A DNA stretch of 64,000 nt from Azolla caroliniana. Taxonomy: Eukaryota > Plantae > Polypodiophyta. The first letter of the stretch is position 1; each line of letters opens with the position of its first letter. The notes beneath the pieces were generated by a model. That model ran no database searches. It saw only the letters and a list, made by a program, of their open reading frames with translations, and was not told the DNA's origin. The position numbers and the translations under genes are program-made. The stretch spans positions 7,130,001-7,194,000 of the forward strand of contig JBHGNT010000015.1 of NCBI GenBank assembly GCA_043228905.1, written 5' to 3'. This document shows, piece by piece, positions 1 to 12,408 of this stretch.

Positions 1-33
1 ATGATATATTTATACAATACTTGTTCGGCTTAC

Positions 34-366
34 CTTTTCAACAGCATGCAGAGCAGCACCATGACCACCAACACCAGCTCCAATGATGATCACATCATAA
101 TCAAATGTTCCGCTACTGTTATTGTTTGTTATTACGTTGTTAGAAGCCATAACTCTCCATAGCAATGAAGAGCCATCGGTTGTCTTTGCTTCATGTTTAG
201 AATTTGAGGAGAAAGAGTAATCCGTCTTATTGGACTTGAAGGCAAGAGAAGAATGTCTGCGAAAACCGCAAAGAGTAATCCCTCTAGGGCTTTGTACAAG
301 TTTAGCATGAGAAACAGAGCTTCCAACATATGATGAGGAGAGGTGAAAAGTGGAACAAGTCTCCAT
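34..366 (-). CDS. LPD: Plastid dihydrolipoamide dehydrogenase (E3), exon 1; gene continues off the left edge
   Basis: Ser-rich transit-peptide-like N-terminus followed by FDYDVIIIGAGVGGHGAALHAVEK (FAD-binding GxGxxG typical of plastid LPD); GTAAG donor directly after the AAG codon. Confidence 0.9.
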
Positions 367-1082
367 ATAGCTCTGATTTTCAATGTTCTGTGAAGAGCAC
401 TTTCTTCTTCGGGAACTAGTATGTAAATGAATGAGCGAAACAAGAGATTACAGAGGAATGATGGATTTGGGGGGGGGGGGGTGGTTCACTTTGTAGTGCG
501 TTAATAATAATTATTGATTTAATATGTACATACATGGAAGAAGCCCATGCAAATCCTTATTGAGATTTCTCATGATTCCACAACCCAAAAGTAAAAAGGT
601 TGGATGCATACCCTCCTCCCTTTCTTCTCTTTTCTTCTTTCTTCATGCAAATCAATAATAGCATGTAACCTTCTCTCTGTGTGAGAGAGAGAGAGCTTAC
701 ATGTATGCATAGAACGTAATATTCGTGTTCGTGCAAGCATTCCAACGTTTGGAAACGAACACGTTTGAAATGGGAAAAATACGTGCTCCTTTTTCCTTTC
801 TTTTTTTTCACCTATTATTATTACAATTTACTCACCCTAGTGTTAAGGAGTCATGTCATTGCTGTCTATGTATTGGGTTCGATTCTCGATTTTCTCATCT
901 CTTTCTCTCTCTCTCATTAGTACCAACCATATCATAGCAAAATTTTATGTTAGTGTTATAATAGCTTTTTTCTTTTGTTCTTTAATTATTACAATTAAGC
1001 ATAACCTAGTGGTAAGTTGTTGTGCTACTATTACTTGTGTCTTGGGTTCAATTCCCAACTTTCTCTTATCCTCTTGTTAGTG

Positions 1083-1428
1083 TCGTGGCAAATTTTTATG
1101 TTAGTGTCATGTTCCTTTTTCTTCTTTTTCTTTCTTTCTTTGTTATTAGAAATTAGGTCAGTCGAGTGGTAAGTTGTTATGCTACTACTGCTTATTTCAT
1201 GGCAAATTTTTATGTTAGTGTCATGTTCCTTTTTCTTCTTTTTCTTTCTTTCTTTGTTATTAGAAATTAGGTCAGCCGAGTGGTAAGTTGTTATGCTACT
1301 ACTGCTTATTTCATGGCAAAATTTTATGTTAGTGTCATGTTCCTTTTTCTTTCTTTCTTTCTTTCTTTCTTATTAGAAATTAGGTCACCCTAGTGGTAAG
1401 TTGTTATGCTAATACTGCCTATGTCATG
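1083..1428. repeat. Three ~115-bp tandem repeats upstream of LPD, with diverged related units from ~830
   Basis: Recurring unit tcatggcaaatttttatgttagtgtcatgttcc...agtggtaagttgttatgctactactgc. Confidence 0.8.
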
Positions 1429-4400
1429 TTTTCTTCATATTCTCGAATATACGTTTTATGAGTTTTTGAACGTTTGATTATAATTTATAATGACATATTT
1501 TGATTCAATCTCTATAGTTCATACTCATTTTTTTGTAAAGTTCTAAAGTGAGGATGATAGAGATGTCTTGATTTGCATCCCAAAAGTATGCATGTGATAC
1601 AATGCAAATATTGCAACCATACTTATGTTGGTGGTTCACAATGGATTAGAGTCCACTTATTAGGATTGAGCGTGAATCAATATATAATATAGACCCTAGT
1701 CAATCCAATCCAACTTGTCGATCCAATCCAACATTGAGATGATTTACCATACACGTTTGATTGAATCATTCTCGAATGCGAATGCACGTATGATATGTAT
1801 GGTTCATTTTATGCATGTATGTATATATGTGTATATGTACATTATACATATATATGTGTATTATTGTTATCTGCGTGCCGGACTCCGGACAAGTTTCACG
1901 AGTCGCCTCTCGTTTGAAGGAGTAGAGCAATGCATTGCCGATGCTTACTTAAAGACATGTGACATTGGACGATATGCTAAACCCATAATGTTGGATCTCT
2001 TGACGAGCTTGATTGTTATCAACCACTTGAAAAATCACAACAATGGTATGGCTGAGCCGTTTGATCACGTGAACCCACACTGGAGACAACCAAACCCGAT
2101 TGTCCAAATTCTAAAAGGGGCATCGATCCATAACCATCGTATTGAGAAGGTAGCATGTTCCATGTCTACGAAAACATATATACGATTATCATCTAGCATC
2201 TAGAGAGTTGTAAAATTTGTATGGAGGATTAACAATGTGATGGAACCCTCTGAACATGATCGACATTGGTTTTCTCAAGAGAAGTCCATAACTTTCACAT
2301 CATAACTCTAATCAGAGGGATCCTTGGTTTCTAGAATGCTCTTAACAAGATCGTAAAATCTACTTAAAACACGTAACCCATGATTTCAAAATTGATCAAT
2401 GAATGAATTGGCATTTCATAGAAGGTGCACATGTAGTCCTAGTGCATATTTGCAAAAACTATATCTCGAAGAATCCAACAAACAGGGTTTGAACAATATC
2501 CTTGACCCTTCAACATTTCTTATTGCATTTAATACCGAAGAGTGAAGTCTAATAATGAATAATAGAAATGTATACATGGAGTATGAGTTGACAAACAACG
2601 TGAAGAAATAACAATAAGGATATTCGTTGTACATATATAGAATTTCAATCATATCACTTTTTAGTGATTATTATATAATTGAGTGGATTTTAAAGGTTTG
2701 TTACATGTCTTAAATGAACTCAAATTCCAAATGTTCGAGTCTTAAGATTCATGACTTCAAATAAAGGGTTTTTACATTTTGAGCTTCTAACTTCCACATC
2801 TATTTATGAAACACATTCCCTAGCTACCAAATTGCCATATTCTTTAACATCAAAGAATATAGTGATTGAAAAGTTCTTAGGACAATGTCACCATCTCTGG
2901 TGGACCCAAAGTCGAATTGTGAGGGATTTTACCCTCAACCAACACAAGCACATGCCAAGAGAACAAGATGGATGAAGTTTGCATAGAGGGAAATGTGGGG
3001 CAATCCTTTGTGGAGGTTCCAACAATCATTCAACAATTATGGACTCCCAAGAGCTCAATGGTTCTCATGCACTCCCATCACCTAGACTAATTTTTTTGAC
3101 TCTCATTTCATACCATTTTTGAAAACTCCAATACACCAAAGACAACCAAAATGTTTCATAAGGCATTTTCGTTTAGGCAATTCATGTTTCTAAATTGTCT
3201 GTACACCAAAACAACATCATTGTCACCATCTCACACTCTCTCTAATTACTATCTTAAAAACCTTCAATGCATTAATGATAGTGTCTCCCCATATGGGTGG
3301 ATGTTTGGGTTGGGAACATCCCCTTCTAGATGGAATGTTAGTGAGAGGTGCAAAATATTTCCAATGTGACCACCTTAGGTTCAAGGCAAACACTTGATAC
3401 TAAATGGTTCTCCTAGAAACACAACAAGACCCATCAACCCATAGAACCCACAAATACATGGCCAAAATGAAGTACATAGTTGTGTTACAAGTACATTGAT
3501 TGCCAAACCAAATTTCCTATGCTACAAACATTCTCATGGTCAACATTGAATCATGCATCATATCAAGATGCCTTGCAATCATATGGATTATGGATTTCAT
3601 CCTCAACAAAATTATAATTAAAAGCACCCTAAAACCCAATTGTGACACCTACATGGAAGTTATAGAAAGACAACCAATATCGTCCCCATTCAATTACATA
3701 ATCAAGTATCCCTTTTATTAGCAAAACAATAGATTGAGGCAATAACATTGTCATAACTTGTACCCTAATCTAGCATTTGCTCCAAGGAGAATAAATGCAC
3801 TTACAACCAATACTCAACAACAAATAGAAGCAAAAAGAATCTATTCTAGGAGCTACGCATAATACACATATTGTATCAAGGCAAACCAGCATAAATCAAA
3901 TTGTTGTAGTAGCTTTCTCACTAACAATTAAACAAAATATAGTCCTTTGGAGTTTCCACAACTGTTTGATACAAATTGGTATAACAGATTTTGAAGTTGT
4001 ATGTATAGAAGTGGTTGCATCAAGATATGCTGTAGCTATAGGTACTATGTACATTTTACCAGCAAAACAATAGAACCTTGCAATAGCATTATCAGAACTT
4101 ATACCCTAATCTAGCTTTTGCTTCAATAAGAAGAAGTGAGTTCCAACCTTGGGGCCTTGTAGGCCAAACAACCAACAGCAAATAGGAGCCAAGAGAATCT
4201 ATTGTGAGAGAGATGTACCAAATACAGTGATTTGAGTTTAGTAACTATGGGTACTTCAACAAAAGTTGGAAAAATATGTAGTCACAAACTCAATAACAGA
4301 AGTTCTTAATAAAAGCAAAACAGAAAGATGAAGCTTCTAGCCATGTCCCTAATAGCTCACACAAAAATATTTACCCATCGAGTGTCTATTTTCTCTCTTT

Positions 4401-4860
4401 CTTGCTTACACTACCTCCAATTGACTTCCCATCACATGACTTCAAATGCATAGAAATCTTGATTGATTGTGAAAGGTTCGTGGCAAAATACCTGCCAAGT
4501 ACATTTGTGTCTTAATCACGGAAGAATAGTTCTTATTCCTAGTTGAAAAAAAACAACAGTAAAATGCCAAAAACGTCAAATGGAAGCATGCAACCATCAT
4601 CTTTGACAAACTTAGAAAACTTATACACATTAAGCATGGTCGCCACAAAAAACTCAGATATGTTTGAAGATACAAGATTAAGTTTAGCCATCATCAGTGG
4701 CTTCTATTTCAATCTTGAAATGTAACTTGATCCAACCACAATTACTGCATGCAAGTATGTTTCAGCAGTAATTAAACTATTTCAAGAGAGTGAGGAATAT
4801 CTTCAATCATTCAACGTAACATTGATGGCATTAGCCAGTATTACTCTCGTACAAAGAAGA

Positions 4861-4992
4861 TTAGCCCCTTAACCAGGTGTTCCTGAATGATGAATTATCA
4901 CGCAAAGAAGCATCGTGTGGCTTATACTCCATTACATAACTTTGAGGCAAGTGTAAATGCCTCTTAATGGAATCCCTCAGAGACATAACAGC
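4861..4992 (-). CDS. nCBP: nCBP exon 6 (AVMSLRDSIKRHL...FRNTWLRG*)
   Basis: CAG acceptor; C-terminus matches the plant nCBP ending RNTWLRG; TAA stop at 4861-4863. Confidence 0.93.
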   Translation of the reverse strand, partial: AVMSLRDSIKRHLHLPQSYVMEYKPHDASLRDNSSFRNTWLRG

Positions 4993-5118
4993 CTGTAAAC
5001 AAAATAATTTTCATTAGTGGAATATGAGCAACAATTTCATCAAGACAAACAGGATAATAATCAAAATATAATCTTAAACCAAATGAAATGAGGATAAAAT
5101 TTAATTATAAACTCATAC

Positions 5119-5238
5119 TTGATTATCTGAAGCATTCCGATTCCAGACACTCAATATGTCCTCACCAAAACGGATACTTAATACAGCTCCACAGACACTG
5201 TCACCAGCATCCAACTGATCCCCAATTATGGCTAAAAT
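5119..5238 (-). CDS. nCBP: nCBP exon 5 (ILAIIGDQLD...VWNRNASDNQ)
   Basis: AG/GT bounded, phase 0; contains the eIF4E-family CGAVLSIR motif. Confidence 0.93.
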
Positions 5239-5332
5239 CTGAGTTCACATACAACTATAAATTACTCCAACTTACATATAATACCATCAAAATTTGATTA
5301 TGAGAACCCTATTGAAAAAAGGGAACTGATAC

Positions 5333-5410
5333 CAGATCTTCCCAAAATCTCCCTGATACAATCTTCTTGAAACGAATAATCCATTTACCACCATTACGAT
5401 TTGCAGCATC
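5333..5410 (-). CDS. nCBP: nCBP exon 4 (DAANRNGGKWIIRFKKIVSGRFWEDL)
   Basis: AG/GT bounded; NGGKW motif. Confidence 0.93.
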
Positions 5411-5494
5411 CTACTTAATCAAGTTCACACAATCAGCTGGATATGTAATCGATACTTCAGTAAATATATCTGTGACTGTAATACTCAATTATAC

Positions 5495-5599
5495 CTCCCA
5501 TAAAGGTCGAATACCCTCTTTGAACAGGTGAAGGTCTGTTGGAGTTGGGAGAGATGATACTCTTGCAAGATGGCAGTAACAGCCCCAAAACCCTTCTAC
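5495..5599 (-). CDS. nCBP: nCBP exon 3 (VEGFWGCYCHL...GIRPLWE)
   Basis: AG/GT bounded; VExFW and PLWE eIF4E motifs. Confidence 0.93.
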
Positions 5600-5838
5600 C
5601 TGTTGAGCATACTTGTTAAAAAGCATGTATTCTATGTTTATTAAAATATGTATTCTAAGTATTTAAAATGCACAAGCAGTGGAGCATGTGGTTTAATTCG
5701 AGTAGAATACTTAGCATACATATTCTACGCGTATTGTATCCTAAGTATTCTACAACAATGCTGTTGAGACAAAATTTTATCAAATCTCTAAAATTTGAGA
5801 ATACTGCCAATGCCGATATCAACAGAAACTTGGATTAC

Positions 5839-5934
5839 CGTGCTGAAATCAGATATTTTTTTAATGCTGTCTTCATATGAAGTTTGTGAGCGAGGCCCAG
5901 GTGAGCGCCTTGTATACCAAAGCACGAACCGATG
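5839..5934 (-). CDS. nCBP: nCBP exon 2 (HRFVLWYTRRSPGPRSQTSYEDSIKKISDFST)
   Basis: AG/GT bounded; Tyr (SYED) in place of the first cap-stacking Trp, diagnostic of class II eIF4E. Confidence 0.93.
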
Positions 5935-6759
5935 CTGTCACATGCAATATAAGAACACATTAACAAAATTTCATTGCAAGCCAAGGTTCAAAAACAGAAA
6001 CCTATCGAACACCACCAGCATGCATGGCCTCCATGGAAACTTGGAACTATTATAAATCTAAATCCAAACAATTTTGGTTCTTGAGAATCAGTGAGAAGTA
6101 ATGAATGACCAATCATAGTATGTAAACTTCTGGCAACTCTAAAATGAAAAGTTTTTATCTGTTTTAAAACAGTTTCTTGGGATAACACTTTCTTCGCCGT
6201 TTAAATGAAAACACCTTAGAAATACTATGTAATACACATGTATATTCGTAGTATACATATAGAGTGACATAGATGCTTCACACTAAAGTTATAAATGTGG
6301 CAGGACAAGAAAGTAGATGCATAATACATCAAGCACTACAGGTAGAATCTACATCTATTCAGATGATTGACCAAACCTAACAAATGACATCATCTTATAA
6401 GACCAATGTCACAAAAAAAGTTTTCAAGGTTTTTAAGTATTTCGGAGTTTTGTTTCTAGTCAAAGCCAAACCAAACATTCAAAATGTAGACGGTTACTGT
6501 GATATTCAGAAATCACAAAGCAAGAGAGGAAAGACAGAAAGATAGAGCGATACGGAGAAACAAGAGAAATAGAGACAAGGAATGGGGAAAGAGAGAGCGA
6601 GGAGATTTTAAAAGAATAACATCGGCTAATGTTTAAAAAATACATTCAAGAAGATGTAGGCTTATGTCAATTCGACAAATGTTTCACACAGATGTCATAT
6701 GAAACATGAAATGCGTTTTTTTGTTAACTGTATAAGGTTTGTGTAACTTGTTAGATCCA

Positions 6760-7317
6760 TCATGGGCAGATTGTTCTAAGGGGGCCTTATATGTTGAAGA
6801 TATCCCTTGTCAACCTTGTTGAGAGTTCATGTGTTACTCGGAAATCACAAGGTTCTCCTTACAAATTGGGATGCTGGTAAAGTTCTTGCTGCAAAGACAA
6901 CAAATTATGCTCTTTGAATTGATGCGACTCTTATATCATGGTAATGGACAATCTCTATAATGGTTAGATACATTACAAAAGTTACAAAAGAATAATAAGA
7001 GTAAAATTCTCTCATCCGGTTGGGTTGTTGAAATAAGAAAATGGTTCAAAAGATGGGGTGTGGATGATCTTTTAGAGCTTTTGGGCGATGCTATGCATTA
7101 TGTAATGATTGAGGAAAGGTTGGTGGAATCATTAAAAATTAGATGGGAAGATGCTACGAGGACAAAGCAAGAATACTACATTGCAAATGTCAAACCTGAA
7201 TGTTGGTCTCAATATAAGGCAAGAATGCCTATTGATTGTATCCAACCTTATCTCATTACCAACTTACATTGCCAAATTCAACAAAATTTTATTCACTGGA
7301 TTAGATGCAATAATTAG
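6760..7317 (+). pseudogene. Possible degenerate non-LTR (LINE) fragment in nCBP intron 1
   Basis: Short ORF (...KQEYYIAN...IQPYLIT) reminiscent of LINE ORF2 C-termini; no diagnostic RT motif seen. Confidence 0.25.
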
Positions 7318-8239
7318 AATAAATAAGAATTGATTTCGTTAATTTCTGAAATTAAAAATCATAGAGCATGAAGAAATTAGAGAATACTAAAACAAATATC
7401 AGTAACAATTTTGGCATAGCTTGGAAACACAAATTTACATGGTGACTAGGTTACATACTCTGCATGCGTGGCATAAAGATTCCCAAAAGGGCCCAAAGCT
7501 TTTTGCATAATCCATGTAAATATGCTCCAAATGCATAAATGAAAAATTCATAAACGAAATTCCACATGTGCAAGTTGTTTCATGGCATGTTGACAGCTAA
7601 ACAGGAGAAATCTTAGAAAAAGGCCATTTAGCTGAGCTCATTAGGAACAAATTTCTGAACCATAAACATCAAACTATCAGTGCATTCTGTTCATGTACTT
7701 ATTCCACATAACTAACATATTAACTTCCAACTACCAGGTGTTTTTGTAACTGAGCTCAGGAAAACATGAATACATAATATTGGGAAAATTAAATAACTTG
7801 ATGAAGATCTAAACATTAATAAAACAGAAAAATTACTATACTTTTATGAGTTGAGAATGCATAATTACATAGCGGAAATCAAACTGTTTTACAAAAATCT
7901 GAGCTTTTATAGAATAAGATGGAACACACGACTACCGTTTCATGTAAATGAGGTTGTGCGTCATGAATATAAATCAAATTAAATTACAGGAACGATCTGA
8001 GCCTTAAAAAAAAACAAGTTCCAAACACATCAGAAATTTCATTTTAAAAAGAAGGAAGGATCACATAAACACATATCGAAAAGCACAGGGAACAGCTAAG
8101 TTATTCTACAGGTAAACAAACCAGAAATTCACGCTCATAATCAGAACAAAAAAAATTGGACCCTCAAAGACGAAACTAAAACACTCCGAGAAACACGAAA
8201 ACAAGTAAAAACATAAATTAATTAAAAATAGAGAAAAAC

Positions 8240-8476
8240 CTGTAAGGGATGAAGGCCGGACTTGAGATCACGGCTCTTGCGATCTCTGTCTTCCGAGAGG
8301 AGTTTGTCTTTCTCTTCGGTTTCCTTGATGTCTTGGAAGGGGAGGAGATCAGAGGAGAGGGGGAGGAGAGGGGGAGCTCCTGCTCCTGCTCCTGCTCCTG
8401 CTCCTCCTACTCCTTCTGTTTCTCCTGCGACTCTGGCGGCGTTGTCCGAGTCCCTAGAGGGATCCACCATTCCCAT
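8240..8476 (-). CDS. nCBP: nCBP exon 1 (MGMVDPSRD...SRDLKSGLHPLQ); whole CDS 4861-8476, 255 aa
   Basis: ATG at 8476; HPL motif that opens the eIF4E domain; GT donor. All six exons join in frame. Confidence 0.9.
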
Positions 8477-8535
8477 GGCTTCTTCGTTTCTCTCTGTTCT
8501 GTAATGTGTCTGTGTGTATTTTGGTTTATATGTCC

Positions 8536-8538
<3 letters not shown>

Positions 8539-8578
<40 letters not shown>
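8539..8578. repeat. (AG)n microsatellite in the nCBP 5' leader
   Basis: About 20 AG units directly visible. Confidence 0.95.
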
Positions 8579-8581
<3 letters not shown>

Positions 8582-8899
8582 AGCGAAGAAGATGGACCTG
8601 TTGATGGCTGAACAAAAAACCAATTGAGAAGTTTACCATTTTTTACTTCCCAGGAAAAAATTTCCGCGGACATAGAAAATATACAAGAGAAGTGATCGAA
8701 TTTTCGGGTCGTCGGCCACATGAGACAAATGAGAGGGAATCTCATCTTCACATCCGTCTCCATGGAGTTCTTTCGAAACAAAACATTCATGGCGGATGTT
8801 TGCAACCGAGATTTCACAGTGTCGCACACCATTCCAAATGGCCTCCAATGCAAATGCCCACACCAATGAACCCTCGATTTACCTCAACTCGTCGAGGAG

Positions 8900-10068
8900 G
8901 AATTAGAAACAATTGCTCAAAGGGTGTAATTGTGTATCATATAGAACTCACAGCTTGGGTGTTCCCCATGGTGGGACTGCTAAAAAAGAATGTTTAAATC
9001 TGAATATGTGTGGACATTAGGGGATTAAAGAAAGCTAGGATTTGCGACAGCTGCCCAACCCCCCTACATAGAACATCTACTTGAACACGTGGCAAGTAGA
9101 ATAACAATCAAATTAAAATGGCACTAGAAAATCAACATAAATTTGCATTCACCTCTAATTTAGGGATGTTTGCTTTTAGGAAGATGTTGTTTGGGTTCAC
9201 TGGTGCTCGAATTACCTACTAGAGCAGTGCTAACTACATATTCACGCCAAATCTTTGGTGAGGAGTCAAGTAGCACATGGATGATTTATGTTGCAACTTG
9301 ACGTGGGACTCTAGCACACTTCATTGGGGATCTTTAAGAGGAGTAGAGGTTACCAATTATCTCTCAAGCCACTCAAATGCCAGCTTTGGGGGGGTTAAAT
9401 GTTGCAATAAGCACCTTCAAGAGGAAATCTAACTACATGTTTGTGTCAGATCTCTGGCGTGGAGTTGAGTCACACGAGGATGATTTAAATTGCAACTTGA
9501 CATGGAACTCTAGAACACTTGACAAGGGATCTTTGAGAAGAGTAGAGATTATGAATTATCTCTCAAGCCACTCAAATCCCAATTTTGGGTGAAGCAAGGA
9601 TTCTAGGCCATGTTCCATCCAATGATGACATCTCCATTGATGAAGTGAAGGCAAAACTATTATTGGAGATGCATCCCCTTACTATGAAGAAACACCTTCA
9701 AGGTTTCATGGCTATGTTGGGTACTATCAACACTTCATCAAAAAGTTTGACAAAAAAGCAAGACCATTATATGGATTGCTCAAAAAGTTCAAGGGGATGG
9801 TGGAATATACACATAAGTATTTGAAGCATGCCTTGTGAGAATACCAATTCTCCAATCTTTAAACTAGGATAGAGAGTTCCATCTCCATAGAGAAGTGTTT
9901 ACTTTTGCAGCGGGGCCAGATTGTGCACAACTATGGGAGAGATATGATGGATTTCCCGATTACATTTGCTACCTAGCAACCAATTCCCAACAGAGCATAA
10001 CTACTTTACAAAGGAACGAAAGGCAGTGGCAATGATTTATGGTGTAAATTGTTTTTGACACTACCTTA
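8900..10068 (+). pseudogene. Degenerate Ty3/gypsy (non-chromovirus type) RT-RNase H remnant
   Basis: AWVFPMVGLLKKNV*I*ICVDIRGL, ILGH and ERKAVAMIYGVNCF*HYL motifs; many stops; internal ~200-bp tandem duplication at ~9230-9600. Confidence 0.75.
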
Positions 10069-10399
10069 TGTTGAAAATAACTCTAATTTTAAATAAAAGC
10101 TAATTGGTTGGTAGCATTATCTAAAAATAGGACTGATTGTTACTATTGCAATAGTCACATTTAAGATGTATTTAAATTACTATAGTACCACATATTTAGG
10201 GGTGAGTACATCTAAGAATACATGTACAAGTTCATGTGTTAATTCCAATATCTATTTTGTAATCTCTTACCTCTTACCTCTGTCTTCATCGTACCCTTTG
10301 TCCACGCATCGCCTCCTATTATTGGGTATTGCGTCTGCACGTCTTGGATAATTATGCCATGATTATGACGCGTGGTGTTCATTTAGTACCTGGCTAACA
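10069..10399 (+). mobile_element. Possible LTR (TGTTG...TAACA) of a truncated element interrupting the gypsy RNase H
   Basis: TG...CA termini; coding similarity breaks abruptly at 10069; no partner LTR or clear PBS. Confidence 0.35.
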
Positions 10400-11500
10400 T
10401 CGTGGTCATAACTGTCTTTTTCATCATCGTCGTTTCGCATCCAAAATCGTACGTTTTTTTTCCATTGTATGTCCGTCGTACGATGTGATCTACCTGCCGA
10501 CTCCGGCTGTCGTAAATTCTTCCGACCCTGGCTAGTTTTGTCGGTTCTGTGGCCTAGTTAACTCTGATGCTTGTTCAGTGATGTCGTTCCTCTGAACGGT
10601 TGTTTCGTTTGGTTGGCCTTTGGTGTCTACCGTCCTCTTGTCCTCGACATCCTAGTTTCTTCTGTGCTGCTTTGGAGCCTTGAACGAGTTTGCTAGCATC
10701 CGTCCTTGATACGATTTTTGTTGGAATTCGTTCACCCATTTGTCAAGTACTTCCCTCGTTAAGGTATCCAATTGATAGGATCCCTTGAATTCTTCGATTA
10801 TCCAATACGGTGTCATAGTGTAGTTCGTACACTACGTGAAAAACGTATAAAATAACCGATTCAATAAATATGAAGAAATAAAAGAAAATATAAAATATAT
10901 GTTACATGCATAAGGCAAACTTCAAACCCTATACCTCCATGTAAATAAACCCAAACCTTACCATTGTACTAACTCATAAAAAATAGTATATATTTAATAT
11001 GTACAAGACTTATCTTCACACATATTTTCTAGGAAAAAGCTTTAGTTAGAAGAAAACACATGATAGAAAAAACCACACATGCACATCTAGCGTGCATGAA
11101 CACTATAGTTGATAAAAAACGCATGATAGTAAAAGCTACTCATGCATCTAGTGTGCATGATCACTTTTAGAAAAAGCATAAAGTCTATAGTTAGAAAAAA
11201 CATGGAGTCCATAGTTAGAAAAATCATGAAGTAAAAAAAAGCATGGATTGCTAAGCCTCTCCCATCGCTATATAAGGATGGGAGTAAAATGTAATTGGGG
11301 TGTGAAAAAAATATGGGGTTGTTTCTTGGAAAAATTTATTAGGGTTTCTAAATATTAATAAAATACATACATTATTCGCATGGGGTTCGCGAGTTATCTA
11401 TATCTCTCTCTCAATCTAAATTCATATTCTTTTCTAAATATTGATTAATAATATAAACCCGACTCATGCAACGATCCGGTGCTGAAAGGCACAACACATT

Positions 11501-11518
11501 TGGTGAACCCGACGTGAA
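11501..11518 (+). other. Primer-binding site complementary to the 3' 18 nt of cytosolic tRNA-Trp
   Basis: TGGTGAACCCGACGTGAA is the reverse complement of TTCACGTCGGGTTCACCA, the plant tRNA-Trp 3' end as I recall it. Confidence 0.85.
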
Positions 11519-12408
11519 GACGGGTGGCAAGGAGATGAATCAACAAGAGGCAATCAACATGATGATGATGATGATGATGATGATCGAGCGGATATTGCAA
11601 GAACAACTCACAATGAAGGAGATCACAGTGGTAGTAGAGCGGCTCGTGCAACGGAACGAGCAATTTAACGGAAAGGATGTGTCACGCTATCTACGTGACT
11701 ACAAGGTAGAGATGCAGAGATGTAGGATATCAGAAGGATTGCAAGTGATATCCTTCAATCGGGTGGCCATGGATGGGTTGCAAGAGAGCATCCACAAGAT
11801 AGGGCAACAAAACCCGACATGCGTGTCCTTCGAGGAAGCTCTATTGGAGGCATATGATTACGAGAGACCAAAGGGATGAGGTCAACACAAGTTCGATCAG
11901 TGCGTGGAATCAGCGAAGACCTATAAAAGTGCAACACAAGCATTCCTAGAGTTCAAGCACTGTGTTTCTCAACTCTCAGAGCAGGAACAAAGATTGGTGG
12001 GGGTGGATAAGATCGATCGATCGGAAAGAAAGGATGGCCATCGTGAAGGACAGGTATGTGCGGAAACGTATGTGAGGACCTGTCGGTTGTGCTCAGCAAA
12101 CAACACAAAAGGAGGGCAAGAAGATATAGACAGATGTTAGATACATAGATGAAGCTTTAATGGAAGCTCTATTACGTTCTCTGTCTCACTCTCTCTTCAG
12201 AGACTCGATATACAATATGATAAAGTGATCTCTCTTTACAACATTAGGTTGTCGCTTATATACAAAGTCCTAACTATATGGACGAGCTCACACTAGGATA
12301 CAAAGTGGAAGGAGTCAGCCTTTTATGCCAACAAACTCCCCCGTAAAAGGACTACCCTTTCCTACATGTACATGTGTTTGGGGTTGTCTCCCTCGTAAAC
12401 TTAGATTA

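Noticed and set aside
1715-2203. 162-aa ORF containing GASIHNHRIEK, loosely like an integrase-core motif
   Set aside because: Starts in (AT)-microsatellite sequence, and I could not find supporting catalytic motifs or element termini.
2700-3720. Possible degenerate LINE ORF1 on the minus strand
   Set aside because: Only a faint zinc-knuckle-like trace among many stops; not supportable by eye.
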